Shown: positions 12,041-28,040 of the stretch, piece by piece
Numbering within the stretch: position 1 is the stretch's first letter
Layout: each line of letters begins with the position of its first letter
Origin: the human T2T-CHM13v2.0 reference genome, Homo sapiens
DNA length: 64,000 nucleotides
Assembly (NCBI GenBank): GCA_009914755.4
Contig: CP068257.2
Location: 2,240,001 to 2,304,000 of the forward strand
Reading direction: 5' to 3'
The notes under the pieces: model-generated
Told to the model about the DNA's origin: nothing
The model's input: only the letters and a program-made list of their open reading frames with translations
Databases searched by the model: none
Program-made: the position numbers and the translations under genes

Positions 12041-15000
12041 AGCAACGGGGTTCAAAGTCTCATTACAATGTCCCCCTCAGCTCATAGACCCTCCCTCCCT
12101 GCATGTGTGCCCAGAGGTCAGGCCCTGGGGTTTTTTTTTGGGACGTGGCCTTTCCTCCAAGACACAGGGAGAGACAGTTGGCCTCAGGCTCCAGGTTCCC
12201 AGCTCCACACTCACCCCAAAGGCCCTCTGGGCCCGTCTCAAAGGAGAAAGTGAGGTGGCCTGACACTGCCTGGACACACCATCTACCCTATTCCTGAGTG
12301 TCAGGGTGTGAGGAAGGGAGGGACATTTGGCAGATAAGGCACGCTGTGCTGTTGGGTCTCTCAGGGCCCTTCCCACAGAGCCCCGATCTAAAGACAGAAC
12401 ACAGAGGCTACAGGAAGACTAATCCAGAACCTCTGAGACAGCCAGGGACCACATGAGGACTCTCCCCAGACAGCCAGAAGGCCCTTTGCTAGTTTCTTGG
12501 TACTTCAGTGGATGTGGCAGTGGTTCTTCTGTTGGGGACCAGTGAGTACACACTGGGGAGGGCTCACCTGTGCTTCCTCAGTGGCTCCACCTCTGCTTCT
12601 AAAAAAAATGACTCATTCCAGAGCTGGCGCAGAGAAAATACAAGCTGAGCTTAGAACATCTTCTGCCAGAAAGTAAAAAAGTGCCGACAGAGTAATGGAG
12701 ACAAATCAAAGAGACATAAAGTCAGCTTGGAATGTCTACTACTGGCCTAATCTTGGGGAATTGGAGCATCAGAATCATGAGCTTTCCTTCTCCCTTATTT
12801 ATTGGTTTTATTTCTCCATGTAGAACAAAGAAGAGAATAAGAAAATAATCATCTGGTAACCATCATAGTAATAATTGTTCAAACACAAGTCATCCATGAA
12901 ATGCTAAATCTAGTGGGTTCTGAGGAGTAACCAGATATTTACAGAGCCTCAAAGTATCTCCATACAAAATACAGTTGAACTACAAAAAGAAAATTGTAAC
13001 ATTAACATGGACAAACCTGGCAGTTACTCCTTAACTCTCCTAAGTAATAAAAACTGTAAAATGCAAATAAGCCTTCGATGACCTTTACTAACCTTTACTA
13101 AAGTATCAGTGATGACTTGGTTGTTTAAACAGCTGACATTTGGGCAATTTGAGTATGTCAAACTCAATAATACTGGTTTTCATTTGCAAGATCCACTTAA
13201 AACTTAAGGAGGCCAAAAAACATCATTTAAAATACCCTATAAATTATAATCATACATATGATACAAAAATATCCTACTTCAGTAAATATTGGAATGTTAT
13301 ATATTTTATGAGAAACAATTAAAATGTGTAAATAGCCCAGTAATAAAGTTTTATAATCTTTTAAATCATCATAGAATTTTTCCTTAAGACTTTATGGTTA
13401 AATATTCTCTTCATTAGATGTGGCTTACCCGTGGATTCTAGAGAAGAAAGTAGATGGGAGCAAGTGTCCAATACAGCAACAGCTGGAAAGAAAAATAAAG
13501 AATTTTGTTCTTTACCTAAAACACTTCAGTTAACTAAGTGTGAGTTTAAAAACTAAAGACTTGAGAACTTTATCAGAGTTAATAAGAATGAGAAATATGT
13601 ATGTACATTTACAATACAAAATTACTATTTAATAATTTACACATGGCATTAATTGTAATTGTGTTTAAATATCAGAACTTTTTCAGTCTTCATTCATGTA
13701 ATCAACAGCCACATGCTAAGGTACTAGAACCAGCACTGGAATTACAAGATGAAGATGGCATGGTCCACCTCTCAACAGTCATAAGCTATAACCTAAAAAA
13801 CAGACAGGCAGGCAATGTCCATATAGAGTCATAGATACCGTGACAGGTATACAGCAGGGCACTACTGGAACACAGAGAAGGGACATCTACCCACTTTTAT
13901 GTCAATATCATGGGCTTTCTGGTGGAGGAGATAACATAGGTTGATACCTGAAGGACAAGGAAAAGCTTCCCAGATAGAGGAAAGAGGCAAAGGCAAAGAG
14001 CCTGAGGTGAGGAAGAGCCCTGCAGAGTTCCACTCCATCCAGTTTGGTGCTAGAGCAAAGGGCAGAGTGCAGTAAGTGGTGAGAAACAAGGCTGAGTAAC
14101 TTGGCAAGAATTACATTGACATGGGTGTTTTTATTTCATGGTGAAAAATTTGGAACTTTTCCTGAGAACAAGTGTAAGCCAATGACACAGTAAATTAGAG
14201 GAGATTTAAAATGTCACCTGTCAAGTGACTGCTTATGAAGGGTTATTGCTCAGCTAAGTATTTCTGAATGAGTCTTAGGTCTGTTGGCCTTCAATCTCTA
14301 CCGAAACCCTGAGAACTTGATGATGCTTTTGTTTTCTGAGAATCGTTTCAGTGTGCTGGCTGACAGTTCCATGAGGATGGCAAAACTTAAGAAACTGTAG
14401 AGCCAGTGAAAAAGAGATGCACAGACTTCTTGGGAACTGTTTAAGCTTAGGAACATGATGAATTTATGGTGCATAAGTACAGTCTTCTCTGTGAAAGTTT
14501 TTGTTTTCACATCTTTCATTAGATGTGTGTAAGAAAAAAATATTGATGTAGTATCTACTAACCCAAGAATGAAAAGGAATGCCATTTGCTATTTACACTT
14601 TATTTCTAAAATAAACCTAAATTTAATTAATAAATTTTGTCAACGTACTTCTCTTTGTTTCTCTAATTATTTATTCTACACATTCCAGCCCCATCTAAAA
14701 TAAGTAAAAATAATAATAATGTCTAAATTAAACAAGAAACATTATCATGAAAATCATGTATCACTTACAAAATGTGGCCTTCAGTATTTTTAGTGACTAG
14801 ACATAACTTGAAGTTTGCTTAAATAGAAAAATAATCACATAAATAAAATAAAATTTCTACTTATTTTAAGTTTAGATAACAGAGGATGTATATGTGTAAT
14901 GCTGTTTAGAGTAATCTGACAAAAATGCAGTTAATATTGATCTATTGCATATACATGATTTTAGAAAGGTAGTGTTTTATTAGTACAAAGGTTAAACAAT

Positions 15001-15348
<348 letters not shown>

Positions 15349-15444
15349 TTAGAAAACTCTGCCCTTTATAAAAGTTTAATCCATTTTTTACTTCAATAAA
15401 TTTTATCTTAAAAAGAAATTTCTGTTCTCTACTTATAGTAAACT

Positions 15445-16620
15445 TTTCTTTTTTTTTTCTAGTTTGTATTCTAAATTAACGTGGTACCTCTGTAAGTTTC
15501 TTCCAAAGGCATATTGAGGGATACCGAGGTTTGCAGTACAATTAAACCCATCACACAGGTTGTGAGCATAGGACCCAAGAAGTAGTTTTTCAACCCTGGC
15601 CCACTCTGTCCCTCCCCATTCTTATTTCCCAGTGTCTATTATTCCCACCTTTATGACAATGTGCACCCAATATGTAGCTCCCACATGAGTGAAAACATGA
15701 GATATTTGGTTTCTGTTTCTGCGTTGGTTTGCTTAGGAGAGTGGATTCCAGCTGTATTCATGTTGCTGCAAATGATGTGATTTTGTTCTTTTCATGGCTG
15801 CATAGTATTCCATGGTATATATGGAATTTTCCAATCTACCTTGGATTTTCAATCTACCTTGGATGTACCTGGATTGACTCCACATCTTTGCTATTGTGAA
15901 TAGTGCTGCAATGAACATACATGTGTATACATCTTTTTGTTACAATGATTTATTGTCCTTTCGGTATACCCCTAGTATAGTAATGGGGTTGCTGCATCCA
16001 ACAGTCATTCTTAGTTCTTAATTTCCAAACTGCTCTCCATAGTAGCTGAATTAATTTACATTGCCACAAACGGTTTGTGTTCCCTTTTCTCCACAGCCTC
16101 CCCAACATCCTTTTATAAGTTTTTATTTATTATTTGTTTTTAACAAAAGTCATTGTGACTGGTGTGAAATGGTATCTCATTGATGTTTTGTGTGGCATTT
16201 TTCTGATGATTAGCAATGGTAAGCATTTTTTAATGTTTGTTGGCCACTTACGTGTGTTATTTTGAGAACTGTCTGTTCATGTCCTTTGCCCATTTATAAT
16301 GGTCTTATTTATTTTTTGCTTGTTGATTTGTTTAGGTCTCTTATGGATTCTGGATAATAGGCGTTTGCTATATCCATACTTTGTGAATATTTTCTTCCAT
16401 TCTTTTAGGCTTTCTGTTTAATCTCGTGATAGTTTCTCATGCTGTGCAGAAGCTATTTAGCTAAATTAGATCACACTTGTCAATTTTTGTTATTCTTGCA
16501 ATTGCTTTTGAGGACTTAGCCATAAATTAATTGACAAATATGATATCCAGAAGAGTATTTCCTAGGTTTTTTCCAGGATTTTTATAGTCAGAAGATGTAC
16601 TCTTATGTAAAGAAAGCACA
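15445..16620 (-). mobile_element. LINE-1 3' portion (ORF2 C-terminus and 3' UTR), minus orientation
   Basis: The minus-strand ORF 15733-15918 reads …MFIAALFTIAKMWSQSRY…YTMEYYAAMKR…, the C-terminus of L1 ORF2. A poly-T lies at the low-coordinate end (about 15445-15462). Confidence 0.8.
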
Positions 16621-16624
16621 AACC

Positions 16625-16918
16625 TTTTTTTTGTTTTGTTTTGAGACAGAGTCTCCATCACCAAGGCTATAGTGCAGTGGTATGATCTTGGCTTACTGCA
16701 ACCTCTGTCTCCTGGGTTCAAGTGATTCTCCTGCCTCAGCCTCCTGAGTATCTGAGATTACACATGCCTGCCAACACGCCTTGCTAATTTTTGTATTTTT
16801 ACTAGAGACAGGTTTCATCATGTTGGCCAGGCTGGTCTCAAACTCCTGACGTCAGGTGATTCACCTGCCTCGGCCTCCCCAAATTTTGGGATTACAAGTG
16901 TGAGCCACCATGCCTGGC
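16625..16918 (-). mobile_element. Alu SINE
   Basis: Reverse-complement Alu (…gagacagagtctccatcaccaaggctatagtgcagtgg…gggattacaagtgtgagccaccatgcctggcc). Confidence 0.9.
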
Positions 16919-17099
16919 CAAGCACAAAGCTTTTAAAATAAAAAGGGAAATGAACATTTTAGTGTTTTGTTTAATTCATAAAATGCAATTATTTTGGATT
17001 CTACTAAATAATAAACATCCATATGTGGCAAAGTGGATGCTAATCATTCAGTTGTGATTATGGGTGGGAAGAATTGAGACGGTGCAAATAAACTTTTTT

Positions 17100-17400
17100 A
17101 ATTTTTTTTTTATTTTCAAGATGGAGTCTTGCCCTGTCACCCAGGCTGGAGTGCAGTGGTGCAATCTCAGCTCCTGCAACCTCCGTCTCCCAGGTTCAAG
17201 CAATTCTCTGCCTCAGCCTTCCTAGTAGCTGGGATTACAGGTGCCCACCACCACACCAGGCTAATATTTTTTTTGTACTTTTAGTAGAGTTGGGGTTTCA
17301 CCATCTTGGCCAGGCTGGTCTTGAACTCCTGACCTCGTGATACACCTGCCTCAGCCTCCCAAAGTGCTGGGATTACAGGCATGAGCCACCACACCTGGCT
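17100..17400 (-). mobile_element. Alu SINE
   Basis: Poly-T followed by reverse-complement Alu ending …gctgggattacaggcatgagccaccacacctggct. Confidence 0.9.
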
Positions 17401-17428
17401 GGTGCAAAGAAACTTTAAAAGTGGCATG

Positions 17429-17743
<315 letters not shown>

Positions 17744-18107
17744 CTAAACTATAATCAATTAGAGAGTAAGCCAGACCATCTCAAAGTATATCATCACTTA
17801 TCAGGCAATAACATGCAATTTCTAAAACCTAACTTAAATGCAGCTTTTAAAGACATTTCAAACATGTCAGTTTAGTCACGTTTCTTGAATAAAGTTAGCA
17901 AATGGATATCTCTTGAAAATGAGAGCTCCAGGGAATTAAAAAATGTAAAGTTCCCATTTCCTTTCTGTGTTAACACAGCTAATTATGATCTTTACTTCAC
18001 ATGCAAAAGTCAACAGAACAACTCAGTATTTCACCAAATTATAAACAAGAATTACGCTAGAGAAATGAAACCCTAAAGAGAAACGGTCATATAACTAACC
18101 TCAGTCA

Positions 18108-18311
<204 letters not shown>

Positions 18312-19657
18312 TTATTCGATCTGTAAAGGTAGCAAAGACAAATGCTTAATATTTCATTTTTCCTTAAATGATTCTTAATGACTTGCAGTTTTTAAAAACT
18401 TACCCTGAGAGTAAACCAAATTACCCACTAAATAGTGTTTTCACACAGAAGATGTGTAAGAGCATACCTGTTGTAAGGAATTATAATTTTAAAATCATTC
18501 TAAAGAAGCACCATTGTTTCTAAGCTGATTTCTACTGAACTAGCAGTTCAAACAAAGTAGACAGGGAAGAGAAATGGCTATCAGTGATGTATGGCTCAAC
18601 AGGTAAAACTTCCTGCCTTCTAAAATGGCTGTACTTGGAAGATTCTGAAGATTCCATTAGAAATACTTGTATTTAAAGGGTAATAATGTGGGAAAATGAA
18701 TATGTTGATTTGCTTGATTATAAGAACCACTTCACTAGAAATAATTATATCAAAACATCATGTTGTACTCCTTAATGTACGTTAAGAAAACTAAAATGAA
18801 CGAAAAAAAATCTAGGAACACTTGTGTTTAGTAAACCAGTTTTAGATTTCACTCTTGTACATTTCACCCATTATCTAGGACCAATTAAACATTTGGCACT
18901 GAGGAATAATTCAGAGCAACAACTCCTAGGGGAGAACTAGATTGTCTGGTTGGTGATCAAAAAGAATTGAAGCATCTCTGAAGGCAATTAGTCCCCAACA
19001 CTGTGACCAAGGCCCCGGAGGTGGGGCATGTTCTTTCTGCCTTCCACACACCGCTTCAGGCTGAACAAGGTGTTATTTTTTTAACCGCTTTGTGAATTAC
19101 ACTTCTTTAAATTCCTGTGATAATTATTCCCTATTTCACAAGGGTGCCTTTCTGTAACATCTTGAATATGTTACACAAATAGTCTTTCTTGAGGCACCCT
19201 CTGGTGATAATACTAAAGATCACAATCAAAAACAATTGTGCCCAGAGTAGAAGTACCACTTTACATTTAGGTTGTGATCCACTGAAAAGTAAATTAAACA
19301 CATTAATATTTCTATTTAGGGAAATTCTGACAAGTAATTTTATAACAAGGTCACTTCATTGATTACAAAGCTTCAAAAATACTTAGTGAAAAAAACTAAC
19401 AGATCAGGTTAATTACATGAGACTTTTCAGGAAAAAAAGCCATACAAAAGCAAAAAAAAAAAAAATGAGAGGAGAGACAAAAACTATCTTTGACTAACAT
19501 TTTAAAGGTAAAATTATTTACTAACATTATTTTTCAAAATTACATTGTCAAATTAGCATTCACTTCCTTCTAATCTGAAGCCATCTCACTAAAAATTATG
19601 CTTTTGAAACAAATTAATGAGCTTAATTCATTTTCTATGAGTGTATGTTTTGACTTA

Positions 19658-19894
<237 letters not shown>

Positions 19895-20360
19895 TTAAAA
19901 CAATTATAACCTAATTATTATGTTTGTTGCCTTTCATTTTGAGTCAGCGATTCAAAGAGTATTTTTGAATATGTTAAAAAAGAGGATGAAGTTTAAAATA
20001 TTTCAGCAATATCAAAACTAATAACTGAATTCAGAATTAAGTCTGATTTGTAAAAATTTGAAATCATAATTATGCTAGTATTAATGTAATCTGGTCATAT
20101 AAAAAGTAATAGAATTCATTCATAGTTTTAAAAAGTGATCAATGAACACTGTAGCTAAAGACCAATTCATAATTATCACATAATTTCTAAATCACAATTT
20201 TTTCCTATGCCAACTGGTCTTAATCATCAAATTACTCCATAATGAGAATCATTACTCTGAAAGATTGATTTTGTTATAATAATAATGGAAATTTAAATAT
20301 TTAAAAGAAAAAACAGATACCATTTTTTTCTAGAACTCTACAAAGCAGATTGCTACAAGA

Positions 20361-20883
<523 letters not shown>

Positions 20884-21231
20884 TTATCTGTAATGCAGCA
20901 GATTCTTCAAATGTGAACCCTTAAATTACTCAGAATTTTAAGAACAAAGTTAAAGCTACCATGAGTCATAAAAATATATTCTTTACTATCATCATCTTTG
21001 CCACAGAATTTTTGGACTTCATTTTACTTTTATTTTTCTGATAATTCATTTTTGTTCCTCCTTAAATGGCACAAAGTTATCTCCTAGTAAAAAGTGTCTA
21101 ACCCCCTTCCTTCATTATCATTCCCCACAGTATGTCAAAAAAAGTTTCAGAGATATCATATTGAGTTATTTAGGCCAAAGTCAATAAATGGGTCTAGGAA
21201 TAAGACTTTGAAAGTGATATTACACTCTATA

Positions 21232-21530
21232 TTAGGCATGGTGGCTCATGCCTGTAATCCTAGCACTTTAAAAAGCTGTGGCAGAAAGATCACTTGAGGC
21301 CAGGAATTTGAGATCAGCCAGAGCAACATAGTGAGACCCCCATCTCTACAAAAAAAAATTTTTTTAATTACCCGGGCATGGTGGCTCATGCCTGTAGACC
21401 CAGCTAGTTGGGATACTGAGGCAAAAGGATGGCTTGTACCCAGAGTTCAGGGCTGCAGTGAATTATTATCGCTGCACTTCTGCCTGGATGACAGACAAAG
21501 ACCCTATCTCAAAAAACAACACAAAATAAT
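21232..21530 (+). mobile_element. Alu SINE (older, AluJ-like; dimeric with an internal A/T-rich linker)
   Basis: aggcatggtggctcatgcctgtaatcctagcacttt…; cccgggcatggtggctcatgcctgtagacccagct…gacagacaaagaccctatctcaaaaaacaac. Confidence 0.8.
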
Positions 21531-21589
21531 GAAATCTATGATTAAGGATTCTGATGCTATAAGCCTTTCCTTAAACTGCAAATGTTTCA

Positions 21590-23370
21590 TGCTAATTTGA
21601 ATTGCATTTTAAGAAGTAATGATTCTTGGGGTAAAGACCATAGAATATGGCACCCAGAAATAAATTCACATATTTCCAGCCAACTGATTTTGGACGAACA
21701 TGCCAAGAACGTACGCTGGGGAAAGGACAGCCTCTTCAAATGAATGACACTGGGAAAACTAAATATCCATATGGAGAAGAATGATATTAGCTTCCTATGT
21801 AACACCATATAACAACATAAACTCAGAATCGATTGAAGACTGAAATGTAAGGCCCAAAATTATCAAACTACTCTAAGTAAATATAAGGAAAAGGCTTGAG
21901 GACATTAGTCTGCACAAAGATTTTTATGGGTAAGACATCAGAAGCATAGGCAAACAACAAATCATAGACAAAAGACACTACATTAAGCTAAAGAGCTTCT
22001 GTCCAGCAAACAACTGAGTGAAGAGAAAACCTGTAGAATAGGAGAAAATATTGTCAAGCTATTCACCTAATGAGGGACTAATATACAAAATATACAAAAA
22101 AACTCAAACAACATCACAGTAAAAAAATCTGAGTTTAAAATTGGGCAAAATATCTAACAATACTTTTTTTTAGAAAAAGAAATACAAATAGCCAATAAAT
22201 AAATTTTAAAATGCTCAGTATCACTAATCCTCAGGGAAATACAAATCAAATCTACAATGTGATATAATCTTGCTTCAATTTGAATAAATTGCTGTCATTG
22301 AAAAGACAAAAAAAATAACAAATGCTGGTGAGGCTCCAGAGAACAGTAAACTCTTACATGCTGTTGGTGGGAAGGTAAATTAGTGCAGCCACTATAGAGA
22401 ACAACAGGAGGTTTTCTCAAAAAAACTAATAATGGGACTGCCGAGGGATCCAGCAACCCCACTACCGGGTATTCAGGCAATAGAAAAGAAAACAATAGAT
22501 CAAAAGGATATCTGTCCTCATATGTTTACTGTAGCACTATCCACAACAGCTTGTGTATGGAATCAACATACATGTCCATCACCAAATGAATGGATGAAAA
22601 ACTGTGGCACACAAACACAGTGGAATACTATTCACCATATAAAGGAATTAAATCCTGTTATTCGTGGCCACGTGGATCAGTCTGATGGATGTTAAGTGCA
22701 GACACAGAAAGATAAATACTGCACATTCTTACTCATGTGTGGGAGCTAAAGGAAAATTGAAGGCTGGGCAATATGGCTGATGCCTGTAATTTCCTGGCTC
22801 TTTGTAAGACCAAGGCAAGAGAATCATTTGAGGCCAAAAGTTCCAGAGCTCCCTGGGCAACATAGGGAGATATCTCTACAAAGTCAAAAATCAGACATGT
22901 GCAATGGTGCATGCCCATAATGCCAGCTGCTCAGGAGGCTGAGGTGTGAGGATCTGATGGGCCCAAGAGTTTGAAGCTGCAGTGAACTATGATCAAACCA
23001 CTGTCTCCAGTCTGGGTGACTACAGTTGCCCAGAGCCCAGACTACACTAGCAAGACCCTGTCTCTTAACAAAAAAAAAGCTCACAGAAGTAGGGGAGGGG
23101 AGGCTGGTTAATGGATACAGAATTACAGTTAGATAAGAGGAGTGAGTTCTGGTGTTCTGTGGCATTGTAGGGTGAATATGGTTAACTATGACTTATTGTA
23201 TATTTTTAAAAAGCCAGAAAATTTTGAATGTTCACAATTCAAAGAAATGAAAAATGGTTGAAGTAGTAAATGTGCTAGTTAGCTTGATCATTACACACTA
23301 TATACGTGTATAAAAATATCACTCTATAGCCCATAATTATGTATATATGTGTCAATTAAAACAAAAGAGA
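21590..23370 (+). mobile_element. Old LINE-1 (L1M-type) 3' portion, interrupted by an Alu at 22772-23078
   Basis: L1 ORF2/3'UTR-like sequence (…gggaaatacaaatcaaatctacaatgtgata…gctggtgaggctccagagaacag…ccatataaaggaattaaatcctgtt…). The L1 3' tail resumes after the Alu (about 23080-23370). Confidence 0.7.
22772..23078 (+). mobile_element. Alu SINE (AluJ-like) nested inside the L1
   Basis: ggctgggcaatatggctgatgcctgtaatttcc…caagaccctgtctcttaacaaaaaaaaag. Confidence 0.85.
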
Positions 23371-25049
23371 AGCTACATTCATCCGATTTAAAAAACAGAA
23401 TATGGGCCAGCCTTACTGACTTCCTTCTAATGAGTAGAATGTAGTGAAAGGGATACCATGTGGCTTCCCTATCTCAGACTGTTTTCCCTTGGAACCCAGC
23501 CCCTATTGTGAGAGCCATCAGGCCACAAAGAGAGCCTGAAAGTGCCTGTGTCAGTGTTCATGCTGCCTGTCCCAACCAAGTTTACAGCCGATGGCCAGCA
23601 TCAACCATCAAACAAGTGGGGGACCAAAGCTTCAGAGGATTCCATTTCCGCAACTGATCAGCTGTTCCTAGGGAAGCTGAAGGGAGCAGAGCAAGCTGTC
23701 CTGGCCAAGTTTTTCCCAAACCACAGGTTCATGAATAAAATAAATGTTTTTCTTTCAAGCCACAAGACTCTGGGTAATTGTTAGGAAAATAAGTTTTAAA
23801 AAGAGACAACAGGAAACATAACTTATGCAGCAGAAAAGAGTCTCCTTTAAAGCAGGATCTAATAAAGGTTGATATTTATTTATTGATGTCAAACATTATT
23901 GAGAAGCAGTAGATAACCAGGAGAGAGACATAAGCTGCTGAGGAGGAATTTTCCTAAAACAACTTCAATAATGAACGCTGATAACAAGGCAAGGGTGTCT
24001 TCTTACAATTTCCCCTCAAGTTAGGAAGTAAGACTGGGAAGCAAGAAGATGTATGATTTGAAAAACAACTAGAAATACTGGGTGACATAGGCAAAATCAG
24101 ACATTTACCTGATTTCAATTAACTAAAATTCTAAAAGAAGAAGTTTTGAGTATTTATTAATCAACCTAGTATTCAATTTTCATTTTCTTTTCTAAATGAG
24201 GAAATAAGGAGAATATTATGGAATGATTTTTATTCTTCACAGAAGTAAAATAAGCATAGTGTGTTTTGAGTGTTAAGACACAAATGCAATTTCTCCTTTA
24301 CCTTACGCCAAGCTTGTTTGTATGGAGAAGTTAAGACCATCCCATCTCTATGTTATGCCACAATGCTTCTCTATAGCACACAACTTGGCTCTGAAATTTT
24401 GAAAGTCAAAATACTAATCTACTATGTGTCTCTGATAAATTGCCTGAACCTTACCTGACTTTGAAGTGCTGCACTCCTAAGACTTTTTCTTGGAATGAGT
24501 TAAACGTTTTATTCCAAGAATCCTCTACTGAGCTAGAAAGCAGAGCTGTGCATCTCTGTTTCAGTAAAAGGAGGTCAATATAGGGAACTGTGGTTTCTGA
24601 GAATGCAAGATCTGCACTAATAAAAGGATTAGCCACAGTGCTACCCAAGAGAACCAGCTACCAGGAGAAAAGAGGGTCTGTAAACTGCAAGATGATGACT
24701 TCACTTGATTTCCACTGAGGAAAGCTGGCGGCTCAGACTTAAACTTCTCCTTCCTAGATGGTAAACATCTATGGAAGGTTCTATGAATTATAATGAGTTA
24801 GTAAAACATAATGCACTGAATATTAGACTATGTCAGCAGATCCTGTAACCAAAACTTACTGAAAATATAACTATAGTGGGAGGCAATGGAAAAGAGACTA
24901 AAGGCTTGAATGGAGAAAAAAAGAAATTAAGTGTGTCTTGTAAGCCTGGCGTCTGATCATGTCCTAGAGGAAGTAAGGTATAAGCTGGCCAGAGACTCCT
25001 TTGTGACACAAAAGGTGAAGTTACAGACATTCCACTAAATTTAATTTTT

Positions 25050-26910
25050 ATTATGACATAAGACAACTGGTAATATGCACCATGATTGAAAAAAGCTTCT
25101 CATTCAATTCGATTGGGCCTTGACATAAGAATAGACATAAACAAGCTAAGAATTGACAATCTAAAAATAAGCCTGCACTTTTACAGTCAATTGATTTTAT
25201 ACAAGCTTAACAAAAGAACAAAATGGGAAAAGAATAGTCTTTTCAGCAAATGGTGCTGGGACAACTGGGTATCCATAAGCAAAAAATAAATAAATTTCGA
25301 CCAAATATCTTATTTAATAATTAACTCAAAATAAAATAGTTAACTGTAAAAGCTAAAATTATAAAACCCTCAGAAGAAAACACTGGCATAAATCTTTGTG
25401 ACTGCATTTGCCAGTGTTTTCTTAGCTATGACTCCAAAGGAAAAATGGATTCAATGGACTTCAAAATTGAAAACTGCTGTGCCTCAGAAGACAGCATGAG
25501 GAAATGAAAAGGTAAGACGCCAAGTAGAAGAAAGTATTTGAAAAGTGTGTATCTGATAAGGGACTTACATATATAGGAAATATAAATAACTCTTGCAATT
25601 AATAAATAACAAGATAAGCCAATTTTAAAAAATGGGCAAGGATTTTGAATAGATATATCTGCAAAGAAGATATAAAGATGGAAAAGCACATTAATAGATG
25701 CTTAATGTAATTAGTCATTAGGAAAATGTAAATCAAAACCACATGTGGTATCACTTCACACCACAGGATAAAATCTTTGTTCAAGAAAAAAGAGTGTCAG
25801 GAAAAATGTAAAGAAATTAAAACCCTTATCTAATGCTGCTGGGAATGTAAAGTGATGCAGCCACTTTGGAAAACATACTGGCAGCTCCTTAAAGGGTTAA
25901 GCATGAAGTTACCATATGACACACAAATTCCAGTCATAAGTATATACTCCAGAAAAATAAAAACATACGCAAGCACAAAAACTCATACATAAATGTTTAC
26001 AACAGCATTATTAATAGTAGTCAAAAGGTGGAAAGAACCAGAACGTCTGTCACCTTTGGCTGGGAGAGAACCCAATGGTCCATCACCTGGCGAATGGATA
26101 AATAAAATGTTTGATGTATCCATACAATGGAATATTACTCAGCAATAAGAAGAAATTAAGTACAGATACCGTATTAGGAGGAGACAGCAAAATGCCTAGG
26201 CAGATAAGGAAGGGTCCCCGGAGAATCTCCAACGAGCCCCACAAGTGTTTACACCTGATGTTATGTGCAGATAAGGGAACCTGGACTTGTCTTGCCTGGA
26301 CATGCCCACAGCAGACTGGAGGCCCACATGCAGTGGGGGGATGGGGTGGAGTCACCAGGAATTCACACCTTATGCAGAGGAGGAGCCTGGCCGCTTCAGC
26401 TCATGTGCTCCTGGTATTCAATTGTGAGGTGGAAACCTCTTTGCAGGACCCCTCTCTTTGCTGAGAGCTGTGCTTTCACATAATAAATTCTGCCCTCCTC
26501 AATGTGTCTGCATGCTTAATTTTTCCTGGTCATGAGAGAAGAACACAGATGTAGCTGAACTAAGGAGCAAAAACCCGGCATCAATACCTGCTACAGCACA
26601 GATGCAGCATGAAAAATTATGCTAAGTGAAATAAGCCAGTCCCAGCAGACCACTTGCTTTTTATTTCAGAGGCTTATAGGCAAATCTATACAAAGAAGGT
26701 GGGTGGTTCCCTAGGGCTGAGGGAGGAAGGGAAAACTAGTGAAGATGGCTAAATGATGTGGGGTTTGTTTTTAGGGTGATGAAAATGTTCTAAAATTAAT
26801 TGTAATGATGACGGCATAACTCTCTGAAAATACTAAAGTTAATGAATTCTATACTTTAAATGAGTGAATTGCATGGCGTGTTCATTATTTCTCAATAAAC
26901 CTGTTACCCC
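25050..26910 (+). mobile_element. Old LINE-1 (L1M-type) ORF2 to 3' end, with an unrelated insertion of about 370 bp at about 26190-26560
   Basis: The + ORF 25086-25289 reads …NSLFSKWCWDNWVSISKK (L1 ORF2 motif NSLFNKWCWENWISTCKK). Downstream 3'UTR-like sequence is …gtgatgaaaatgttctaaaattaattgtaatgatg…. Confidence 0.7.
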
Positions 26911-27589
26911 CCACCCCAAATTAATTTGGTACTAGAGATCTGCAGATAGGTACTGCTTGGTTTCAAATCACTGGCCAGGGTTCAAGGTCTAAGAGAATCA
27001 ACAACATGTCCTTTTTATAGAAAAATAGATTTATATTTTACAAGCTATCCTTTTCATTAGTATCAAGTCTGTAAAATTCAATGAAAAATCTTTCTTTCAC
27101 TGCTTAAAGCACTGACAGATTTATATAGAGGAATAAGACCTTGTTTTCCTTGGCCCTAATTTCTATCTAAAGGGTCTGGGAAACACACCCTTCAAACTAT
27201 CAAATCTCATCAGATGGGTTTTATTAACACTTATAATGTGGCTTCCTTTCTAATCTGATTCTGGTGCAACATCACAGAGAGAAGAAGCTGAAGGAAATCA
27301 AAATAATTTACCCCCAAATATATTGTTTGACGTATTTTGAAATGGCTGCTGCAGGGCCAAGAGATTGAAATGGCCCTCATTAAGGTAGCCCAATCTCCCC
27401 TTCTAGGTCTTCCCAGATCTGGGGAAGATTAACTAAGAGCCTGAGGCATTTAAAGTTTGAAAAGATATATTTACTCTCTATTTTCTCAACATATTTTGGC
27501 AGAATTTGGATTTTTCCATTATCAATATTTTCCAAAATGCATGATTTTTAATACCAAAACTGATTTAAAATTACCATACGTTGGAATAT

Positions 27590-28040
27590 AAATTATTCTA
27601 TTATAAAGATACATGCATTTGCATGTTCACTGCAGCACTATTCACAATAGTAAAGACATGGAATCAACCCAGATGGACATTATCAGTGATAATGGGATAA
27701 AGAAAATGTGGTATATATACACCATGGAATACTATGGAGCCATAAAAATGAATGAGATCATGCTCTTTGCAGGGATATGGATGAACCCGAAGCTGATATC
27801 TTCAGCAAACTAATGCAGGAAGAAAAAACCAAACACTGCATCTTCTCACTTATAAGTGGGAGCTGAACGATAAGAACACATGGACTCGGGGAGGGGAACA
27901 ACAAACACTGGGGCCTGTTGGGGTCAGGAGGGAGAGCATCAAGATCAATAACTAATGCCCACAGGGCTTAATATCTAGGTGATGGATTGATAGGTGCAGC
28001 AAGCCATCATGGAACACGTTTACCTATATAAGAAACTTGT
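27590..28040 (+). mobile_element. LINE-1 3'-end fragment (ORF2 C-terminus and 3' UTR)
   Basis: …cactgcagcactattcacaatagtaaagacatggaatcaacccagatg…catggaatactatggagccataaaaatgaatgagatcatg…ataagaacacatggactcggggaggggaac…. Confidence 0.85.

Noticed and set aside
9640-12600. GC-rich stretch considered as a possible CpG-island promoter
   Set aside because: It has high G+C but few CpG dinucleotides (it is CpG-depleted), and no TATA/Inr signal or first-exon signal can be tied to a downstream gene. The GC content comes mainly from the minisatellite and palindromic sequence.
24452-24598. Minus-strand ORF segment with a good acceptor (cttgcattctcag|) and donor (AGTCAG|gtaaggtt), reading …TVPYIDLLLLKQRCTALLSSSVEDSWNKTFNSFQEKVLGVQHFKV. 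A similar case sits at 31780-31872 (ctattttctcag|… VVVRQLLQEAADSLKKLTMLESPLEVYHI…).
   Set aside because: They lie inside the intron between two exons that are adjacent in ANKRD26-family proteins. The peptides are not coiled-coil-like and have no recognised homology. AT-rich introns of this size are expected to contain chance splice-site pairs. They may be cryptic or unrelated exons, but the sequence alone does not support that.
26190-26560. About 370-bp GC-rich insertion inside the L1M (contains cataataaattctgc and an ORF 26111-26464)
   Set aside because: It is probably a solo LTR or other repeat nested in the L1. I cannot classify it from memory, and the ORF is composition-driven.
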